Part shown: positions 56,570 to 64,000 of the stretch, one piece after another
Numbering within the stretch: position 1 is the stretch's first letter
Layout of the letters: every line of letters starts with the position of its first letter
Assembly: GCF_009834535.1 (NCBI RefSeq)
Contig: NC_045697.1
Coordinates: 117,430,001-117,494,000, forward strand
DNA: 64,000 nucleotides
Source: Camelus ferus
Lineage: Eukaryota
Direction: 5' to 3'
Notes under the pieces: model-generated
Seen by the model: the letters and a program-made list of their open reading frames with translations, nothing else
The model's database searches: none
What the model was told of the DNA's origin: nothing
Position numbers and translations under genes: made by a program

Positions 56570-57375
56570 TCAGTGGAGCAACAGGAACTCTCACTCATTG
56601 TCAGTGGAGATGCAAAATGGTACAGCCACTTTGGGAGACAGTGAAGTTCTTTCTTAGAAAACTAAACCTACTCTTTCCATATGATCGATCAATGTCACTC
56701 TTTGATATTTACCCAAAGAGCTGAAACCGTATGTCTACTCAAAAACCACCACACAGAGGTTCACAGCAGTTTTATTCATAACTGCCAACACTTGGAAGCA
56801 ACCAAGATGTTCTTTAATGAGTGAACCAATAAATAGTTTGGGGTATATAGACAATGGAATATTATCAGTGCTAAAAAGGAATGAGCTGCCAAGTCACAGA
56901 AAGACATGGAGGAACTTTAAATGCATATTACTAAGTGGGAAAAGCCAATCAGACAAGGCTACCTACTGTATGATTCCAACTATATGACATTCTGGAAGAG
57001 GCAAAACTATGGAGACAGTAAAAAGATCAGTCAGTGGTGGCCAGGTGCTGAGGGAGGGAGGAGGGGGCAGGATGAACAGTTGGAGCACAGAGCAGTGAAG
57101 ACACTCTGTATGAAATTATAATGATGAAAGCATGTTAATAGATTTGTCCAAAACCACAGAACGTACGACACCAGAAGCGAAGGGTAATGTGAACCACGGA
57201 CTTTGGGTGATCACAATAGGTCAATGTAGGTTCATCAGTTTAACAAATGTACCGCGCTGGTGAGGACAGTGAGACCGGAGGAGGCGACACGTGTGGGAGC
57301 AGAGGTATCGGAACTCTTTGCACTGTCTGCTCGATTTTGCTGTGAACCCAAGCCTGGTCCCAAAAATAAAGTCTT
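56570..57375 (+). mobile_element. Old LINE-1 3' end (L1MC-like)
   Basis: L1 ORF2 C-terminal/3'UTR-like sequence (ggagcaacaggaactctcactcattg...aaatggtacagccactttgg; ttggaagcaaccaagatg) ending in aataaag. Confidence 0.8.
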
Positions 57376-59963
57376 AATCAGAAAACTAAGAAAAACACAA
57401 CATCTGTAGTAAGCACCCAAGCTAGCTATATCACATTTCCAAGGGTGACAAGACAGCTCTATCGGCAAGAAACTAAACTTAGCATCTTTATTACTGTTCT
57501 CTATGAATAATCATTTTAATTCACTGGGAAGAAAGACTCTTCATGTAAAAACAGTATATTGGAAACAACACATCTTGCCTAAATCATCTAGGTTGGCTAC
57601 TGACCCTGACTGAAAATCATGCTTAAAGACTGAGATTTTTACATTCTGAAAATTCACATTCACTTAAGGATTCAGATTTTTAGCTAAAACGAGTCAGATT
57701 CACAAACATAGAAAAAAGATACTGAAATCAACACATTGTCTGGTGTTGGTTCCCCCATAGGTGCGAAAAGACTTTTCTTAGAGGTAGATTTTTTTGCTGT
57801 TGGTTGCATAAATTCCTCCCTCTGACAACATCCACTTCTTAGGCCTCTTCTAACAGCTGGAAAGTTCCTTATTTTTGGTAGTTTATGGAGAAAAAAAAAT
57901 TTCCCAGGAAATTTTAAATTTAAGATGTAGTTTCAGCAGAGATGGCCACCTGCAAGTCACTACAATCTTTGGGAGATAGAGTCCATCTGAGAGTCATCTG
58001 AGAACTGTTAGCGTATGTTTTATGAAGCACCTAAATTTACACTTCACATAATCATGGTAGGAGAGATTTTGGAGCAATCTCTGCGATCACCTACATTTAC
58101 TGCCTTACAGAAGAAGAGATGTGACAATGAGAGGAACCCAGAGGTCCTGCATTACAATTAAAACAGTGGCAAGACATTTTTTATTTTTAATGATGTAATA
58201 AACATTTCAATATATTTCAGTATTTTTCAATTATTTTCATAAAGTAGTAATTTTACCAATATCAAAACTTTAACTTATGGGTTTATTTCAGCCATATACA
58301 CACTTTTTAAACCACAAAGCATCACAGACTGATCATGTCAACCCTCTCAGCTGCCATGTGTCAAAATGCTTTAATGTTGTTCGTAGGGATGACAATGTGT
58401 CAGCAGTGGGTTCGGTCAGTTTTTTAACATTTGAGAAGCTGAATTAGTTCTATGAAGCCACCAGGGTACATTTTAATGCAGGACGCTAATTACTGAACTC
58501 AAAGAGATGATACTATTTTCAGGCAGGACTAATAACTCTCTGAGGACAGCAATTAAGGTCTGAATTCCTGCTTTAAGTCTTTCCCTGAGTAATGGAGACT
58601 CTCGCAGGAAAGCCCTACAGTGTCAGTCCTGTGTGACTGCTGAATTCCTTAACACAGGCAGACCCTGACTGACACAAGGCGAATCAGTTTCGAACTGTCA
58701 ACGTGATTGGGTAGAATGGATGCTTCCATCTTGCAAGTTGCTGAAGACCCCCAAAACACTGAAAATCTGCCTAAAAATAGAAATATTGTGTAAATCGTTT
58801 CTGAGATAGTGGCAAAACATCTTTATCATCTGCCTCTTTGTGAACATATTTTTTAAGGAGCGTAAAATGCTCATTTTAATGGTCCCATTTAAACGCAGGT
58901 GCCATGATGGTTTGGGTCTGATGACTAAAGTCATTTCACAACTCATCCAGTAAAACAACACTACTTTTCTGGCACGGCTGAGGAAAATGACATAACCGAT
59001 GCCATGGCAGGCATCTAAACCCCATTTGATAGCAACTATAATTACTTATGATTTTCCTTCTCAGTGACTTGGTATAATCAAAGCGTTCACTTAGATTTTT
59101 CACTTCATCCCTCCTCATTTCGACACATCTCCATCACATGCCTACTCTGTGCAGATCACAGCATGAGGTGTGGGGCCAATGAGATCAGAGGACACAGACT
59201 GCCTTTCTGAGTCCGTTTTCAACCCACAAACACCTCTCAACTGAATTTAGATTCATTTATCATATATGCAGGGTTATGACTGTTGTAATTATTATTTCTT
59301 CTATAAAGACAGAAATGGAAAGACTGGCAATTGGACAAATCCATTTATTTCCCTCCACCTTCAAGTCACAACCACTGTTCAGACAACTGCCAGCTGGTGC
59401 CTGGATTGTCTGTGACATCTTCCTAAAAGCCCCCTTGCCACCACGGTCTGCTGTCACCCATAATCATCCTGTATCAAGACCATGATGGCCACTCCCCTCT
59501 CGTGGGCCCTTGCTGCTCTCAGAAGAAGACAAAACATTCCTTAGGAGCTCAACAAGGCATTTGAGGCCCACAAAACACCTCTGCTCAACCTCCAGCCTTA
59601 CAGAAATGTTTAAATTTTCCTTGCACTGGGGAACTTTAATTTCTTATCTCCTCTATGGATAGCCATTGTGCCCTTTTCTCCTACTTTCTACCTCTCCTTC
59701 AGGTTTTAAATTCTATATCACTTCCTTGAAGAAGCCTTTTCTTACTTCCAGAACTGGGATTAGGAGCTTCTTAAGGGCACTACCACTGAACCTGTGCTTT
59801 CCTCTCATTGTTCTTGCAGAAGGCCTTTATTAAATAGCTGCTGTGTGCTGGGAGTTGTTCTAGGAGCCTGGGCTCTGTCAGTGAACAAAACAAACACCAA
59901 CAAAACCCCCCACCCATTGGAACTTACTTGCAAGCTGAAGAGACAGACAATGAATAAGGCAAT

Positions 59964-60233
59964 GAGTATATGTAATCCCAAACTCTTAATTGAAACCATA
60001 GTTGATTTTCTATGTCTGTGAGTCTATTTTTGATTTATAAATAAGTTCATTGTATCATTTTTTTAGATTCCACATATAAGTGATATCACATGATATTTGT
60101 CTTTGTCTAACTTATTTCACTTAGTGTGATAAACTCTGTGTCCATCCGTGTTGTTGCAAATGGCATGATTTCAATCTTTTTTTATGGTTGAGTAGCATTC
60201 CATCGTATGTGTATATGTTTGTGTGTGTGTGTG

Positions 60234-60264
<31 letters not shown>

Positions 60265-60950
60265 ATACACCACCTCTTCTTTATCCAGTCATCTGTTGAT
60301 GGACATTTAGGTTGTTTCCATGTCTTGGCTATTGTAAATAGTACTGCTATGAACATTGGGGTGCATATATCTTTTCAACTTTTCAAATTATAGTTTCCTC
60401 CAGATAAATTCCCAGGAGTGGGATTGCTGGATCATATGGTAAGTCTATTTTTAGATTTTTAAGGAGTCTCCATACTGTTCTCCATAAAGGCTGCACCAAA
60501 CTGCATCCCCACCAACAGTGTAGGAGAGTTCCCTTTTCTCCACAGCCTCTCTAGCATTTATTATTTGTGGACTTTTGAATGATGGCCATTCTGACTGGTG
60601 TGAGGTGATACCTCATTGTAGTTTTGATTTGCATTTATCTAATAATTAGTGATACTAAGCATCTTTTCATGTGCCTGTTGGCCATCTGGATGTATTCTTT
60701 GGAGAACATCCAGTTAGGTCTTCTGCCCATTTTTCGATTGGGTTGTTTGTTTTTTAACAAGGACCTACTATATACCACAAGGAATTATATTTAATATCTT
60801 ACAATAACCTATAATGGAAAAGAATCTGAAGAGAATATAGATATAGCTATTGATGGATATGCATAACTGAATCACTTTGCTGTACACCTGGAACTAACAC
60901 AGCATTGTGAATCAACTACACTTCAATAATAAATAAATAAATAAATAAGG
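59964..60950 (+). mobile_element. 5'-inverted (twin-primed) LINE-1 insertion containing a (TG)n tract, inserted in an older L2
   Basis: 59964-60755 is L1 on the minus strand (MFIAVLFTIAKTWKQPKCPSTDDWIKK). 60756-60950 is the L1 3' end on the plus strand with an (AAAT)n tail. Candidate TSD aataaggYaat. Confidence 0.8.
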
Positions 60951-62084
60951 TAATAAATAAATTAATTATAAATACAACACACTAGGAGGTATAACAGAAA
61001 AATAAACAAACAAACAAAAAAAAACTGGAGCAGGGAAAGGGTGATGAGACACACCTCGATGGGTGGAGACTGCAATTTTAAATAGAGAGCCTGCTCTTGA
61101 CCTCCTTGAGAAGATAGCCTTTGTTCAAAGACCTAAAGAAAGCAGGCAGCTTAACCACGTCGATGTTAAGGGGAGACAAATCCAGAAGAGGAAACAGCCA
61201 GTGCAAAGGCCCTGGGGTGGGAAGGTGTCTCTTGTGCCTAAGAAAGGCAAGAAAGGCCATGGTAGCTGCAGCAGAGGGTGCAGGGGGAGAACGCCCAGAG
61301 AGGATGGCACAGGTGATGGGTGACAGAGGATCTAGGGCCTCATAGGCCACTGGGATGAGTCTGGCTTTTCTCCAAGTGGCACCTGGGCCACTGGAGGGCT
61401 TGGAGAGAAACAGGGACATAATCTAACTTAAGTTTTAAAAGGATCACAAACATGGAAGATAGAGGGGCAAGTGTGGAGGCAGGAAAACCAGTCTAGACCA
61501 CTGCAGGAATTCCAGCAGCAAGATGGTGGTGGATGGATTTAGGGAAGTTGTGGAAAAGGAAGTGAGATGTCCTGGCAGACGGGATGTGGGCTACTGGGAA
61601 AGAGAGGAGTCAAGGACGTTGCCAAGGTTTTAGTCAAATGACCAGCAGAAGATACGGTTGCCATCCACTGAGATGAAAAGATCGTTGCAGGAATCATTTT
61701 TCAGGGGCTGAAGAGGGAGCAATGGTGGGAACCTAGAAATTTAGAGTGCATCAACACCAAGGTGTCAAAGGACAGTTTCCATCAAAGTGACAAGCTGATT
61801 TCTAGCCTGAAGACTGTAAACTCCTTGAAGACCGGAACTCGGCCTTTTCCCTGACACTTCGAACAGTGCCCGCTTGCAGAGTAAAAATTCAGGTAATGTG
61901 TGTTGAATTGATAAATGAATTAATAAATGAATGTTGCCCCAAATTATCAAATTAATGCTGATTTAAAGCCTCACCATGGAGAGAATTGGATGCAATGAGT
62001 TGTATTTTCACAGGTTTCCAGGCCGATAGCTTAAGTTTCTATTATAGTATAAAAAACATGATTTAAATTATCTAGAAGATATTA

Positions 62085-62289
62085 ACCAATATATATAAAA
62101 TAAACAAGCTTATACTGTATAGCAAAGGGAACTATATTCAAAATCTTGCAGTAACTTATGGTGAAAAAGAATATGAAGACAAAAATATGTGTGTTCCTGT
62201 ATGACTGAAGCATTGTGCTGGACACCAGAAATTGACACAACATTGTCAACTGACTGTACTTCAATAAAATATACACAAATAAATAAATT
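62085..62289 (+). mobile_element. Short LINE-1 3'-end insertion
   Basis: aacaagcttatactgtatagcaaagggaactatattc...ctgactgtacttcaataaaa; homologous to 60756-60950 and 62555-62730. Confidence 0.8.
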
Positions 62290-62300
62290 ATCCGGCAATG

Positions 62301-62750
62301 CATTTGCAGCAACATGGATGGAGCTAGAGATGATCATACTAAGTGAAGTAAGTCAGACAGAGAAAGACAAATACCTTATGATAATCACTTCTACGTGGAG
62401 TCTAGAAAATGATACAAATGAACTTATTTACAAGACAGAAACAGACCCACAGACACAGAAAACAAACTTAGGGTTACCAAAGAGGAAGGGGGAGGGGTAA
62501 ATTAGGAGTTTGGGATTCACATATACAAACCACTATATATAGAATAGATAGATAACAAGGTCCTACTGTAGAGCACAGGGAACTATATTCAGTATCTTGT
62601 AACAACCTATAATGAAAAAGAATATGAAAAAGAGTGTGTATGTGTGGGTGTATAACCGAATTGCTATGCTGTACACCAGAAACTAACACAACATTGTAAG
62701 TCAATTCCACTTCAATAAAATAAATAAATAACCCCCACCCCCCAAAAAAA
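62301..62750 (+). mobile_element. 5'-truncated LINE-1 3' end with TSD
   Basis: FAATWMELEMIILSEVSQTEKDKY (L1 ORF2 terminus), then 3'UTR and A-tail. TSD atcYggcaatg at 62290-62300 and 62751-62761. Confidence 0.88.
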
Positions 62751-64000
62751 ATCTGGCAATGATAGAGCCAATGACCCAAAAGACAATTGAAAAATAAATT
62801 AGAGATATTTTCGCTTCCTTTCCTTAAACAGACCATATTCGCTACTTGTTTACGTTAGGAAACGCTTTTTGGCCCCCTGTCTAGTTTGTTCATCCTTTCT
62901 TCTGCCCACAGAACAGTCATGAAAGAAGCAATCATGGGAGTCCTGTCTCGGGATTATTCTTTGACATCTGATGACAGCTGAAAAGCCTTGTCCCTTGGCA
63001 ACGCCCGCCCCGCTGCCCCGCGCCCCCCACCCCCCGCACCTGCCGCGCCCTCACAGCACTCCGCGTCTCTGTGCACGCGGCGCCCGCCCACGCACCCTCC
63101 CGCACTCTTCCCTGGGCTCAGCCACGTGCAAAGCCCTGCTCAGGCGTCCCCCCTCCTGAAAGCCTTCCTTTCCATCCCTTCCCCTATACTGTCCTAATCA
63201 CTGTGGGAGCTGCCCTATTTTGCAAGCATCACTCTCTGGTGTATTTGCTCAATGACACATTTCCCTTCTCCACTAGACTGTGGATTATCAAAGGCAGGAG
63301 TGATTTTGTCAAAACCCTTCAGTTCCTGGCCCTGTAGTGCACGGACAGTACGTGTCTGTGTTGGGATGAACTCCTGTGCAAAGCCATCCCCTCCCCTCGG
63401 GGCTGTCCGTACTTTTTTTATGGAGCTTCAAAGGCCATAGAAAATAGGTCTCCTAGGGGCACCTGCGTTTCCAAAGCTGGGCTAAGATTTTGTAAATGTT
63501 GTTTAATTTTTGACTGTACGGTCAGTGAATCGGAGCCTATGTGTTTAAACGTACAAGCCTGCGCTGTCTGCAGCGCCCTACAAGGAAGGGCCATTGTGAT
63601 CTCTGAAATTTGGAAGAAGCAGCCGAAAAGGGTGCAACAATGTAAGGAAATGGTGTGTTGGGAAGGGAGCAAAGAGAGGTCCCCAACGGATGAAATCTGG
63701 TGCTGGGTCTTGGTGAAAACGCTCGCTGAATGCCCTGCCAAAGGACCTCTCTCCTCCCCCAAGCCCGCCTGCCGTTCTGATGCAGGGCACGTGAGCTTGA
63801 ATAATGACGCGACTTCCACGAGGAAACAAGTCATCTCCATGGCTTTCCTCTTCCTCCCAGAGGCAGCAGTGCGGGGCGTGGGGTGCACCACAGTGACTCG
63901 GAGTATTCCAGAGGAACGCGTTCATCCCACCGAGGATGAGCGCAACGCGCACTCATCAGAGAGCTCACACGGGACCGCATCTGAATGCGAGGAGCCTGCA

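Noticed and set aside
63418..63952. Minus-strand ORFs of 157 and 124 aa as a possible GRIA2 exon 6
   Set aside because: The translations do not resemble the GluA2 amino-terminal domain, so exon 6 must lie beyond the window.

Overview
This is mammalian genomic DNA. It is probably camelid, inferred from five tRNA-derived SINEs resembling the Vic-1 family. The window holds the 3' half of GRIA2 (AMPA receptor subunit GluA2) on the minus strand: exons 7-13, the mutually exclusive flop and flip exons, the M4/C-tail exon, and the terminal exon with its ~2.7-kb 3'UTR. All splice sites are GT-AG and the exon phases are consistent. Both ADAR recoding structures are visible: the Q/R site with its ECS and long intron-11 stem, and the R/G hairpin. 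Positions 1-18,100 are repeat-rich downstream DNA, and 50,700-64,000 is intron 6. The most notable observations are: (1) the NSF/AP2 motif reads [10 protein letters not shown], the sequence of the NSF-inactive control peptide pep4c, instead of KRMKVAKNAQ; (2) the GluA2-long tail appears to have lost its stop codon and its Thr-Pro site; (3) an 18-bp hairpin covers the U-rich tract of the flip acceptor; (4) the R/G pentaloop reads GCUGA; (5) a 19-bp hairpin sits in intron 9. Comparisons with human or rodent sequence are from memory and need confirming by alignment. No new protein-coding system was found; the other listed ORFs are chance or repeat-derived.
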